Assembly (NCBI GenBank): GCA_964016885.1
Contig: OZ024740.1
Location: forward strand, 31,248,001-31,312,000
DNA length: 64,000 nucleotides
DNA from: Eledone cirrhosa
Taxonomy: Eukaryota
Direction of reading: 5' to 3'
Position numbers and translations under genes: made by a program. Numbering within the stretch: position 1 is the stretch's first letter; each line of letters starts with the position of its first letter. Positions 49,901-62,049 of the stretch are shown piece by piece. Under the pieces are notes generated by a model, which was not told the DNA's origin, made no database searches, and worked only from the letters and a program-made list of their open reading frames with translations.

Positions 49901-51249
49901 CTGAAGAAAAAAAAAAAAAAATAAAGTGCAGCTTACTCTTGTTAGATAGAGGCTACTAGTAAATGCAACAAACTACTCCAGAAAGAGTACAAAAATCAGA
50001 CAGTTGCTTACATTAGGTGAAACTTGAGTCATATATATATATATATATATATACAGAACTTATGATATTTAACTCATAGCATCCTGTAATGATTTAGCAT
50101 AAAACATTTAGAAACAATAGTCGGTGAACAGGCAGAGTCATAATGTCGGATCAAATGCTTTGCAGTATTCATTTTGGCTCTGCTCTCAAGGTTGATAAAA
50201 AAAAGTACCAGTCTAGTACTGGAGTCAATTCTTCCTCTTTCTCACTTCCATTCCCTTACCCTTTGTCTCTTTCTCACTTCCATTCTCTTATTCTTTACCC
50301 TTCTCTGGAAGAAATCTGCTGTATTCAAACCATCTGAATCTTTTACCATTAACATTAGCAATTTTAAGTCAAGTAAGAACTAGCCAGGTTAAATTTTACC
50401 CCTTTATCCCTGTAACCCTAGTTATATTATTTCAGGAGTAATAAAAGAAAACAAATTTCTTTTCTTTTCTTCTTTCTTTTTTTAATGGCATTTGTAACCT
50501 TTCAATAACTGAGAAAAGGAGAAAGAGAAACAATGACTCATGGGTTATCTTCAGACAAGAGACTTGGTTATAATACTTGTAACAAAGTGGATTCTGTCAT
50601 TACAAGTATCCAAGGGCTTGGCTGTGGTGTTAAACTAGGTGGAGTAGATACATGCAGTTCATTTGATGAGATTTCAGTTTCTGGCTATCCTATTTCGTTC
50701 ATTTGACTGACCTAAGGTTGTGTTAGACAGTAAATAATACTTGCTCAACTGGGATCAAAACAAGAAACATGGCATTGCAAAGCAAATTATTTAACCACAC
50801 AATCATGTATGGATAATTCTCAGATGAATGGCTTTTATAAAAGTCTTAGAAGGCAAACAAAAGTCATGGACTTTACACCTTCCTGATTAAACTGATAAAA
50901 AACAGCATATATTCTATATTCACTAATAAAATGTACTTCATCAACAGAAAATTTTAATTCTTCTTTTTCTTTGCCTCCATAACCCTCTTAGAAATAAGTG
51001 GGCAGAGTTCTCAGACATGTTTTCTAGAGAGTCCTACTGGAAGCAACCATCTCCAAATGATCCGGCTTGATCACCAAGTGAGACCAACCAATTTCAATTC
51101 TATTTTACTAAATAAGAATATCACATTTACACGAGAAAATACATTTCATATATACCAAATAAATTATGATAGTGCTCAGTAAAAAGAACTATGAGGCATT
51201 AGTCAATAAAAGTTAGCTAAAGTAATTATTCCAGTAACAAGACTCTTAC

Positions 51250-51312
51250 CTTTTGATTTTCTTCAGTGAATTCAAATGGTGTTTTGGGATTGTTATAGTT
51301 GTTGTCACGGTG
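51250..51312 (-). CDS. NDUFV2: NDUFV2 exon 3
   Basis: ttttag acceptor; HRDNNYNNPKTPFEFTEENQK; GTAAG donor. Confidence 0.93.
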
Positions 51313-51940
51313 CTAAAACAATTTGGAAATAAACCGTGAAGTTAAAAGATGATATTTGAATTTTTTCATTTGATTCAAAAGTTATATTTTAACATCAATA
51401 GCTTATGAACAATCAAATATTTTAAAAGAAATAACACTTTCAATGATTATAAATATAATCATTGAAATTCCAACATCAAACTACTAAATCATATTGAAAC
51501 AAAATTATTTAGGACAAAATAAAACAAGGCAATCTGATGAAGAAGCAACTTTAAAATGAAAACACTACATTTGCAAAAGGCTAAGAAGAGACAGAATGTT
51601 GAGCCTAAGTTAACAGTTCTTATAGATAATCATCTATTTTAAGCCTTCATAGTAAAAGGTTAGTATTCTGAAACAACAACAACTAGAAAAGATTTTTTCA
51701 AAACTATATAGGACTGGTTATCTAATTCTGAATACTTTGAAGAATAGTTTTAACCCTTTAATCCAGCCAGAATTCCCTCACCACTTTCTGTTCAAAGTGG
51801 CTGTAACTGGCCACTCATACTGATGTTAAGGTATTGTTCTCAAAATAAATAATATCAAAATCTCATAGATTTGATATTATGAGATAATTATGTGAGGTAA
51901 AGCCTTTACTGTAAAATTATAATAGTAAATATAGAGTAAT

Positions 51941-54900
51941 CATCATCATCATCATCAACGTTTAACGTCCGTGTTCCACGCTTGCATGGGTTTGAACGGG
52001 GGTTTTCCCACTTGAGGCAAGAGTGATTATCTTGCTTGCATAGGACTATCTGGCGGGTTTTCTACAGCTGGATGCCCTTCCTAACACCAACCACATTTAC
52101 AGTGTGGGGCTGGGAGGTTTTTACCGTGTTGCCTACACGGCCACATTACAGCGTGAACTGTGTTTTTTGACGTGACACTACACGATCTCATTTGTTTCGG
52201 CCTGGATGTTGTGGCACCAACATAACTTTACATTGAAAGGGGCGGTGTGGATGGGGTGGGGGTGTATTTTGTTAGAGATGCCTACTGACTGTAGTAGGTT
52301 TTACTTTGTATTTAGGTAAGGCGGGTCTTCTCTATTACTGAGTACCGCCAAAGGTCTCGGTCCAGTGACATTGTCTTGGTGAGGTGTAAGTGTGTGAGGT
52401 CGGAATTTATCAGCTCGTCCCAGGTTTTTCTGGGTCTGCCTATTCCGTGGCTACCGTCTATCTTTATTGCCCTGCACTTTGTTATACAGCTATCGTCCTT
52501 CATGCGCATCACGTGACCATACCAACGTAGCCTTCTCTCGAGTAAACAACATCTGATCCCTCTTATTTCTAATTTTTTCCTTAGTTCGTTTATGCTTTGC
52601 CGTTCACGTATATTACTATTACACATCCAGCGGAGCATGCAAGCTTCGTTTCTCTCTAGTCTGCGTATATCCTCTGCACACAATGCCCAGGTCTCACTGC
52701 CATGCAACATTGCTGTTCGTATGCAGGCATCGTAGAACCTGCCTTTCATTTTTAGGGAGAACCCTTTAGCGGCTAATAGTGGTATAAGCTCTCTGAACTT
52801 TTTCCATCCAGTTCTGACTCAAGCTACTGTACTTTCAGAGCACCCTCCACCACTGCTGATTTTGTCACCCAGGTAACGGAAGCTGTCCACTATTTCTATA
52901 GAACCCTCTGCGCAGTTGAAAGAGCTAGTATTTTGTGGCCACTTGCTGCTACTTATTGCACCAGAGCACCGGCCACATGTAAAATCTATGTTCTTAGTTA
53001 GCTTACCTGTGATCCCACTACATCTTTTATGCACCCATACTTTGCATTTGGGACACAAAATGGAGTTTCTACCTACGCCTTTCCTACACACTGAGCATGG
53101 CCACTTCCCGGAAGGGACCGCCGCCTTATTTTCTTTCTTACAAACTAGAACTTTAGTCTTAGCCAGGTTAATTTTAAGGCCTTTTGATTCTAGGCCGTGC
53201 TTCCATGTTTGGAATTTCTTCTCTAGCTCGGCCATTGATTCAGCTATGAGTGTTAGGTCATCTGCGTATAGGAGTTCCCATGGGCAACTGGTCTTGAACT
53301 CCTCTGTTATAGCCTGAAGGGCAATAATAAATAGTAGGGGTCTGAGAACAGAGCCCTGATGGACGCCAACTTTTACGCTAAACTCTTCACTATATTCGTT
53401 GTTAATTCTAACCTTGCTGACTGTTTCTTTATACATGGCTTGTATAGCTCTCACAAGCCATTCGTCAACACCTAGTTTTCTAAGAGCCCACCAGATAATG
53501 GAACGGGGGACTCTGTCGAAGGCTTTCTCCAAGTCGACAAAAGCTAAGTATAGGGGTTTACTTTTAGCTAGGTACTTCTGCTGTAGTTGTCGTACAATGA
53601 AAAGAGAGTCTGTGGTACTTTTGCCTGACACAAACCCGAACTGCATTTCATCTAGATCAATTCGCTCTCTGATTAGTTGCTCTATTACTTTTTCTGTGAC
53701 CTTTATGACCTGGTCAATTAATTTAATGCCTCTATAGTTACTCCTATCTAGGGCATCTCCTTTACCCTTATAACAGTTAACGATGATGCTGCTATGCCAG
53801 TCCTTCGGAACAACCCCATTCTGTATGACTTGGTTAACTATCCGGGTGACCATGGTGTGACCCACCGTACCAGATGCTTTCAGCATCTCGGCAACTATTT
53901 CCGAAGGCCCAGCCGCCTTACCCGTCTTCATATCTTTGATTGCCTTACTTATTATACTACCCTCGACTAACTCTGCTGGTCCCTCTATTGGGTCGATGTG
54001 GGGGAGACTGTCTTTCTCCCATTTATTCTCCTCATTTAGTAGCCTTTCATAGTGACACTTCCAAGCTACCTTCTTATCAGCGTCGGTGATGGCAAGTACT
54101 CCGTCATCATTAAGTACACACTTCTCCCCGACAATATCACGGTTTTCCTTGACACATTGCCTAGCAATCCTGAACACCTCACGTTTTTGGTCCTCGCGTT
54201 GTAGAACATGCTTGAACTTTCTTTCCTCTGCTTCCCTTCTTGCGAAGTACACTTGTCTCCTAGCTTCCCTCCTGGCCACTTGATAGTCTTCTCTGCTTCC
54301 CCCATCCCGCCATACTTTCCAAGCCTTAATTGACCCCTCCACCTTACTGTTCCACCACCATGTTACTCACCTCCTGCCTACAGGCCTGCTCCAGCCACAG
54401 ACTTCGTCTGCCGCCATCAGCAGGTTTGCTTTCAGGAATTCCCACTGCTCCTCTATATTGTACGACTCTAATTGCTCTTCCTTACTGTCGAAAGCATCAA
54501 GTAGTATACTTTTGAATTTATTTCTGGCTGTGGGGTCCTTTAGCTATTTTCTCCTGAGGATAGTCCTCTTCTGTTGTCTAGTACGTCTCGTCCTGACTAT
54601 TAGGTCGCTAATTATCAGTCTATGTTGGGAGGTGCATTCTTCATGGGGGAGGGATTTAGTGTTTACAACAGACACTCTGTCACGTCTTCTGGTAAGGATA
54701 TAATCTACCTGGCTTGTGTGTTCCCCCGATCTATAGGTGATCAGGTGATTGTCACGTTTTTTGAAGTTAGTGTTACAGATAGTTAGGTTATTTGCGTCAC
54801 AGAATTCCAGGATTCTGGAGCCTTCCTCATTTCTAGTACCAAACCCATAGCCTCCATGGATTTCGTCGTAGCCGTCACAATGTTGTCCAACGTGACCATT

Positions 54901-56049
54901 TAGGTCGCCTGCAATAATTATATAGTCACTGTCGGTTATTTGGGAGGTAGTGAGCATCAGTGTCTCATAGAATCTGTCTTTTATAGTGCCGGGCAGTCCG
55001 GATTGGGGTGCGTACGCAGATATTACTGTCACCGTAGTTCTATTGAGGACAAGTCTTATTTTAATTATTCTGTCGTTCACTCTATTTACGTCTATTATCT
55101 TATCTACCCACTTTTCTGCTACCATGATTCCTACTCCACCCAGCCCATTGTCATTTCCCACCCAGAAAAGCTTATAGCATCGTTTTTTACCCACAATGAA
55201 TCTAGCAGACCCACCCCTCCACCTGGTCTCTTGAATACAACAAACATCGACCTCCTTACGTTCAAGCATTTCTACAACCTCGTTAGAGCGACCCTTTAAG
55301 GTGCCTACATTCATGGTACCAACTATGAAGTTTTGGATTGCGTTTGGAGCGGTGGGGAGCAGGGGCAGATGGGGTTATGTTAGCCATCTGCGGCCGAAAC
55401 AAAGAGGAATGCTCGCATTCTCGTCCATGAGGTGAATTTGTCTTTATCTTTGGCATTGTCGCTGAGCGTCCAGATTTTTCTCTCTTCAACTCTCCAGAAT
55501 TCCGTAGTCCATCCATCCGTCATATCGAAGGCGACCAGGTAAGCGATAGTATAGGCCTCTGGCTTATGATTGGTCCACGTAATAATAATGGTGGTGCATG
55601 GGTGCGGGCGAGAGGGAGGGGTGGTGCATGGGTGCGGGCGGGAGGGAGGGGTGGTGCATGGGTGCGGGCGGGAGGGAGGGGTGGTGCATGGGTGCGGGCG
55701 GGAGGGAGGGGTGGTGCGTGGGTGCGGGCGGGAGGGAGGGGTGTTGAGTTGTTAGCGAGAAGAATAGGTTTAAGTAAGATCCTCGTATTTAACAAGCGAT
55801 AACAAAAATACAAGAATTGTTTAGTAAAATACGACAAAAACTCCGTATTTAACAAGCAATAACAAAAAATACAAGATTTGTTTTGGAAAATACGAGAAAA
55901 TACAGAATACAGGAGGATTTGTTTTGGAAATAGGATAGACTAGCAAGTATTGAAGCAAGAATTGGAAATCTGAGGATAGAAAATGCTATCGAATTGTCGG
56001 ATTGGAAGGACTATAAAATTAAGCGGATTGTAGAAAGGCGAGAAAAATT
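51941..56049 (-). mobile_element. Apparently full-length (about 4.1 kb) RTE LINE inside a piggyBac-type MITE (51754-56066), in NDUFV2 intron 2
   Basis: 5'UTR with repeats; EN ORF 54544-55314; RT ORF 52819-54342 with YADD; PHD-like finger; C-terminus 52312-52749; (ATG)n tail; host MITE halves rejoin as AGAGTAAT|GTAAATGCTAAAGGGTTAA. Confidence 0.95.
55591..55740. repeat. 5 x 30-bp G-rich tandem repeat in the RTE 5'UTR
   Basis: Unit GTGGTGCATGGGTGCGGGCGGGAGGGAGGG. Confidence 0.95.
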
Positions 56050-56622
56050 ATGTAAATGCTAAAGGGTTAAGGATATTAACAATCTCAGTATAACATCATC
56101 CATACAATATGAGGCACTTTTTCATGCTTACAACTTTATATTGGTAAACTAAGCAACTATTTGTTATTGATTATACAATATTTGAGCATAAAACAAGAAC
56201 ATGTCAACTCTTTGGTTAGTTTCTACACCTGCTTCTTTTCACCAAAGTAGACAGTCTTAGCCCAGAACCAATTTGCTACCTAGAAGAGCAATAACTTCAA
56301 ACAAGAACTGATACAGAGTAGAGGTAACCCTTTAGTCCTTCTTTTTCCTGTGGAACCTCTCTAGTGTTGGCAGCACAATAAAACACATCCAAGGCCACAA
56401 TGTAAAACATACAAACCACCAAAGTTGGATGATTTTCTCTGCTGCTGTCTGTGCAAGATGGTACACAGTGTGACAATCTCAACCCATGAAAAACTGATGT
56501 AAATGATGGTGAATATGCTAAAGTTAAGCAAAGTGTTGTAAAGTGATAAGGTATCATGATTCTTTAACAAGGTGTTACAGGCTAATATTGTGCAACATAA
56601 TCATAGGAAAGAGGTAACTTAC

Positions 56623-56682
56623 CACAAACAGAGCATCACTACATGCAGGTGTAGTTTGGTGCAGGCTGCGCTGAACATGACT
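56623..56682 (-). CDS. NDUFV2: NDUFV2 exon 2
   Basis: ttttaag acceptor; SHVQRSLHQTTPACSDALFV; GTAAG donor; ALFV precedes the conserved HRD. Confidence 0.88.
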
Positions 56683-56884
56683 CTTAAAATATAAAAAAAA
56701 ATTTTTAATTTTCAATTGTTTAAATCATTAGATTTGATTATATTTAGAAAAACAAAAATAAGAACATTTCATTACATTCTTGTTAATATATTTAGAGGCT
56801 GTATTCTAAATAATAGATTAGTATTATAGATAAATGATTTATGAATGTTGTTTTTTTTTTAAGCTACAAAAGTAATATTTCAAA

Positions 56885-57300
56885 TATTGCATCATTGTCA
56901 ACTGCTACAAGGGTAAAGGAGATTCACCAGAAAGGGAAATTATTGAAGCATCACATTGAATGTTACAGAAACAATGATAGCATAATTGATTAGAGACAGA
57001 ATTAATCTTGACGAGATGCAGTTTAACTTGGAGAAGTATTTGGGTATGAGTAAACCCTTAAACTTAGCATTTATCAACTTTGTAAAGGTTTTTGACAGAA
57101 TCACATACTGTCATCTAGTGGTTGCTTAGGAAGCTAGGGGTAATTGAATGGTTTGTGAGGGCTGTGAAAGCCTGGTATAAGGGTGCAGTCAATGACACAT
57201 TTAGTATGTGGGTAGCAGCCAACAAAGGCTCACTTCTCATCCCCCTCCTGTTTATTATAGTCATCAAGAAGAATTAAAAAATGGTTGTCCGTGGTTAGTG
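56885..57300 (+). mobile_element. Old degenerate RTE RT fragment
   Basis: IIVNCYKGKGD, LIRDRINLDEMQF, LAFINFVKVFDR, LRKLGVIEWFVRAV. Confidence 0.8.
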
Positions 57301-57307
57301 TGGGTCC

Positions 57308-57764
57308 TGGGGTAGGATACGATATGGGTGATGGCTAGAGGAAAAACAAGTGATTTGGGAATGTTGAGTTGAACAGATATAAAATCAGGTAGGTCAAAGG
57401 AATTGAAGCGACTAGTAAATATAGAAAATGCAGATGAAGGTATCAAGGTATATATTTTGAATATATCATCATGATGATATATTCAAAATATATACCTTGA
57501 TATATACTTCTATGTTATAGTGCTCTGTGCAAAAACAGAGTGTAATTAGTATAACCTATTAACATAGAAACATATATATACCTTAGACTGCATCCAATGA
57601 AAGGCCACTGTGGTTCACCCATATGCTCTCTCCTTCATCTGCATTTTCTATATTTACTAGTCGCTTCAATTCCTTTGACCTACCTGATTTTATATCTGTT
57701 CAACTCAACATTCCCAAATCACTTGTTTTTCCTCTAGCCATCACCCATATCGTATCCTACCCCA
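57308..57764. repeat. Nested inverted duplication: 133-bp arms (57308-57440 and 57632-57764) with a loopless 62-bp palindrome (57441-57502)
   Basis: Exact reverse-complement matches read by eye. Confidence 0.92.
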
Positions 57765-58261
57765 TACATATCATCATTTAATTCTGTTTCTCTTCTACCA
57801 GAAGAGATAGTATTTCTGCTTTCTTATTTTAGTATGAATTGGAAACAAAGACCCGACTGCCATTGCATACAAACCTACAGTCAATAAGCACCTCTTAACC
57901 CAATGTACACCCCACCCCACATCCTACTCCATCCCCCTCTCCCGTTCCGTCCACTGTGTTGATGACACAACAGTCCACACTGTAAGGTGGCTGTGTAGGA
58001 GACACAGTGAAAAGGTTCCCAGTCCACACTGTAAATGTAGTTGGTGTTAGGAAGGGCATCCAGCTGTAAAAAACCTACCATTTCCCGACCAATCCATGCT
58101 AATGTGGAAGATGGACGTTAAACAATGATGATGATACAGTTGAATTATGTTACTTTTTAACCCGGTATAGGATATATACAAACGTTCTTGTTATTTTTAG
58201 AATAATCACAATAAAGTTAGACAAGTAACATTTTTAAAACTAGAAATATTTATTTCAAGTG

Positions 58262-59897
58262 GGAGTACTTGTCATTCAGAAGCCAACCTGAAATAAAAAA
58301 TGTACCACCATGCATTTTGGAAGTAAAAACCCAGTGTCCACATACTCCCTCCACAACACTAATATCAAGAAGTCTTCTTGTGAAGGTGACCTGGGCATTA
58401 CGGTCAGCAGCAATTTGCGTTGGACGAAGCACATCTCTAAAATTGTCAAGAGGGCCGAGGGTGTTTTGGCATCACTCAGCAAGACCTTTGTCACCTGCTC
58501 TCCAGCTATTTATTTAAAGCTGTACATGGCTATGGTGTGGCCACACTTAGAATTTGCATCACCAGTCTGGAACCCCTATCTTGCTCAGAACATTGACCGC
58601 CTGGAAACTGTTCAGAGACGTGCAACCAAGCAAATACCCTCCATCAGGCATCTACCATACTCTGAACGCCTTGCTTCCCTGGGCATGGATTCATTGAAGC
58701 TCCGATGCCTGGCAACTGACTTGGTAAACACCCACAAAATTGTTAACCATGTTGCCAACAACAACCCTGAGTACCTTTTCGATTTCCATGTGTCTAACAC
58801 ACGTGGACATGCCCACAAAGTCAGAAAACAGCACAACTCCCATGACTTTCGGAAACATTTTTTCACGCTCAGACATGCTGAAGCATGGAACAAACTACCT
58901 GCATCAGTTGTTAGCTGTCGAGAGACTGCATCCTTTAAGGCCTCCATGGAACAAACTACCTGCCTCAGTTGTTAGCTGTCGAGAGACTGCATCCTTTAAG
59001 GCCTCCATGGAACAAACTACCTGCATCAGTTTTTAGCTGTCGAGAGACTGCATCCTTTAAGGCCTCCATGGAACAAACTACCTGCATCAGTTTTTAGCTG
59101 TCGAGACACTGCATCCTTTAAGGCCTCCATGGAACAAACTACCTGCATCAGTTTTTAGCTGTCGAGACACTGCATCCTTTAAGGCCTCCATGGAACAAAC
59201 TACCTGCATCAGTTTTTAGCTGTCGAGACACTGCATCCTTTAAGGCCTCCATGGAACAAACTACCTGCATCAGTTTTTAGCTGTCGAGACACTGCATCCT
59301 TTAAGGCCTCCATGGAACAAACTACCTGCATCAGTTTTTAGCTGTCGAGACACTGCATCCTTTAAGGCCTCCATGGAACAAACTACCTGCATCAGTTTTT
59401 AGCTGTCGAGAGACTGCATCCTTTAAGGCCTCCATGGAACAAACTACCTGCATCAGTTTTTAGCTGTCGAGAGACTGCACCCTTTAAGGCTTCCATGGAA
59501 CAAACTACCTGCATCAGTTTTTAGCTGTCGAGACACTGCATCCTTTAAGGCCTCCATGGAACAAACTACCTGCATCAGTTGTTAGCTGTCGAGACACTGC
59601 ATCCCTTAAAACCTCCAGGGAACAAACTACCTGCATCAGTTGTTAGCTGTCGAGAGACTGCATCCTTTAAGGCCTCCATGGAACAAACTACCTGCATCAG
59701 TTGTTAGCTGTCGAGACACTGCATCCTTTAAGGCCTCCATGCTTCCTGAGATTCGCCCCAACACTACACCTAATATTCCCCCTCCACACACATGTATATC
59801 ATGACTCATGCACTGTTCACTTCCCTGACATGTACTATACATGCACCTTTGACGAGTTGTAGTGCACCCGAGTATTGTACACAATAATTTCATTATT
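58262..59897 (+). mobile_element. 5'-truncated CR1/L2-group LINE with an internal tandem array
   Basis: MHFGSKNP..EGDLGITV..LRWTKHI..LKLYMAMVWPHLEFASPVWNP..LETVQRRATK..NTRGH..AWNKLP; 3'UTR like 10280-10450. Confidence 0.9.
58885..59738 (+). repeat. 14 x 61-bp tandem array
   Basis: Unit ATGGAACAAACTACCTGCATCAGTT(T/G)TTAGCTGTCGAGA(C/G)ACTGCATCCTTTAAGGCCTCC; units start every 61 nt from 58885 to 59678. Confidence 0.97.
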
Positions 59898-60613
59898 CGG
59901 TGGATTGGCAGTATCGGTAGAGGGTCGGACGCCATGCTTTCCAGCATAGTTACGTCCCTTTACCATCTGAATTCAAATCCCGCCGAGGTTGACTTTGCCT
60001 TTCATCCTTACGGGGTCGATAAAAATAAAGTACCAGTAATGCACTGAGTAATTGCTGGCCTTGTGCCTAAAGTAGAAACAATTATTATTATAATATATAT
60101 CTTATATATATATATAAAATCCATATGCATATTTTTTTTTTCGATAGAATTATAAAAAGATTTTCTAATATTTATTTTATTTGGGTGTGTGAAATGATCA
60201 CAGAATAGAGTCAAACTGGCCAATAAAGTAAAAAGGGAGCACACATATTACTATCTCCAAAACACGGTATGAATGTGAGCATGAACGAAAATAACTTAAT
60301 ATTATAACAACACTTATGTATATTTTAATAGAAAAGGACAGAGAAAAACCTCTCGGTAGCCAATATTTCGTTCATGAAGTCGTTGGTTGAAAATCTCTAA
60401 TATGAAGTATTATAAACAAACTGCCTACAGTTTGTACAATATCCACGACATTGTGTACTTCTATGAAGGACACCTTGATTAATCAATATGTAGGAGAAAA
60501 GTAATTACATTTATTCTTGAAAATACGTAAAAAATAACAACTAATTCTAACTGAAATATTATACTTATTTGTAATATATTATTAATGAAAGAAAAATAGG
60601 TAAATATTCTTAC

Positions 60614-60661
60614 GAAAGTTGGCAACAGTCGACGACAGACAAGACTGGCTAACCTTTCCAT
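60614..60661 (-). CDS. NDUFV2: NADH:ubiquinone oxidoreductase 24-kDa subunit, exon 1 (mitochondrial presequence)
   Basis: ATG MERLASLVCRRLLPTF then GTAAG donor, phase 0; Arg/Leu-rich like a presequence; joins exon 2 in frame. Confidence 0.8.
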
Positions 60662-60919
60662 GATCGACACCGAATCTAGACACGGTAGCTATTAAGCAGA
60701 AAATGATAGATTAAAGTAGATATATATTTATTTATTAGAAATTATATCATTCAATTTTTATTTAAAAGTATGTATTAATGAGAACTTTAATTTAATTTTT
60801 TGACGTCAGAATATTTAATTTATATCTCACGGTGAAAGAGGAAATTAATTCCGCATTCAAGTTACCATGGTAATTATCGTACACTCTAATTTCGACTTTA
60901 ATATTCATTTCTTTCGAAG
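60662..60919. promoter_or_regulatory. Bidirectional promoter region with CRE (TGACGTCA, 60801-60808) and RFX X-box (GTTACCATGGTAAT, 60861-60874)
   Basis: 258 bp between two divergent ATGs; X-box is 13/14 identical to the palindromic consensus GTTACCATGGTAAC. Confidence 0.6.
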
Positions 60920-61109
60920 ATGATAAAACCTAAACGTAAAGTTTTATGGAAAAAAATACACCCATTAACTATAAAGATAAGATTTTTAAAAGTCTATCTT
61001 TATACTGTGTATATTTCAAGGAAAATGACAATTGCAGAGCTCAAAGATCATTTGGAGTTAGTTACTGGAATACCGTATAATTTACAAAAATTAAGCTACT
61101 TGGATGCAG
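60920..61109 (+). CDS. First coding exon of an ANKRD60-like protein (N-terminal ubiquitin-like domain); later exons not found in window
   Basis: MTIAELKDHLELVTGIPYNLQKLSYLDA(G) then GTAAAA donor; resembles, from memory, the ANKRD60 UBL segment [29 protein letters not shown]; exact start uncertain. Confidence 0.65.
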
Positions 61110-62049
61110 GTAAAACGATTAAATTCAGTGTGTGAGTTAATAGAAACCTATTTCACTCTAATTATAAGTTCAGATTGCTTTAGAGTTAACTTAGCCTTTT
61201 TCGTGAATAAATAAAGTCTGTAATCGTAATTTACTGTATAAAAATTCTAATTTATGATATATGAGTGCGAAATGGCGCAAAAACTAAAATGTTCACATGT
61301 AAAAGCTTTGAGTATTGAAAATAATTAAACATTAAAACACATTTTAAAATACCTATGATTGTTTTAATTCAAGGTTTCTTTATGACTACAGGCGTACATT
61401 GTTTTTCCACTAATAAAGTTGTTTGGTCGTAACCTTGTCAATATCTGCGATGTTAACAGAAGCTTCTTGGTTGTTTCAGCAAATGTCAACTGTAAGTGTT
61501 TGTGAAAATGCCGCCAACATGTTTTTTTTTTCTTTTTAAAAGGCACCGAGAGGCGATTTATGTGGTATGCTTGTCCCTACGTGTCATGAGAAATAGATTT
61601 ATAAAAAAAATTAATCAGTATATATATATGTGTGTATCTGACTGATAAAATGACAAGTCAGTCAATCATATCGGCGGCCTCCCCACAGTGGACAGAATGG
61701 AGAAGGCGTTTCCCCGGAGGACGGCAAGGGAGACGCGCTGGAAAAGCCATTCCAGCTCGCAATGCTCACACCTGCGGCTGGCCAGCTCAGCGCCTATGGT
61801 GGTCAGTAGAAATTATTTGACCATTTGGAGTTTACTGCTTTTAGTGGTGTGTATTTTATGAAGCATAACTACAACTTAGTTCTTGTCCGTAATTCCAACA
61901 GGGATGTGGATGAAGCTCTACTACAGTAGAGGAAGCTGGGTTTGTCAGTTCCTGATACAGAGCAGGATAAATTGAAACAGAGATTTCTGGACAATTTACG
62001 TCCCAAAGACACTTTCAACTCACTCTCTGATTAATCTGATCAATTCTCA

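Noticed and set aside
58885-59738. Regular array resembling CRISPR
   Set aside because: Units are contiguous near-identical 61-mers with no unique spacers, derive from a LINE ORF2 end, and no cas genes are present in this eukaryotic context
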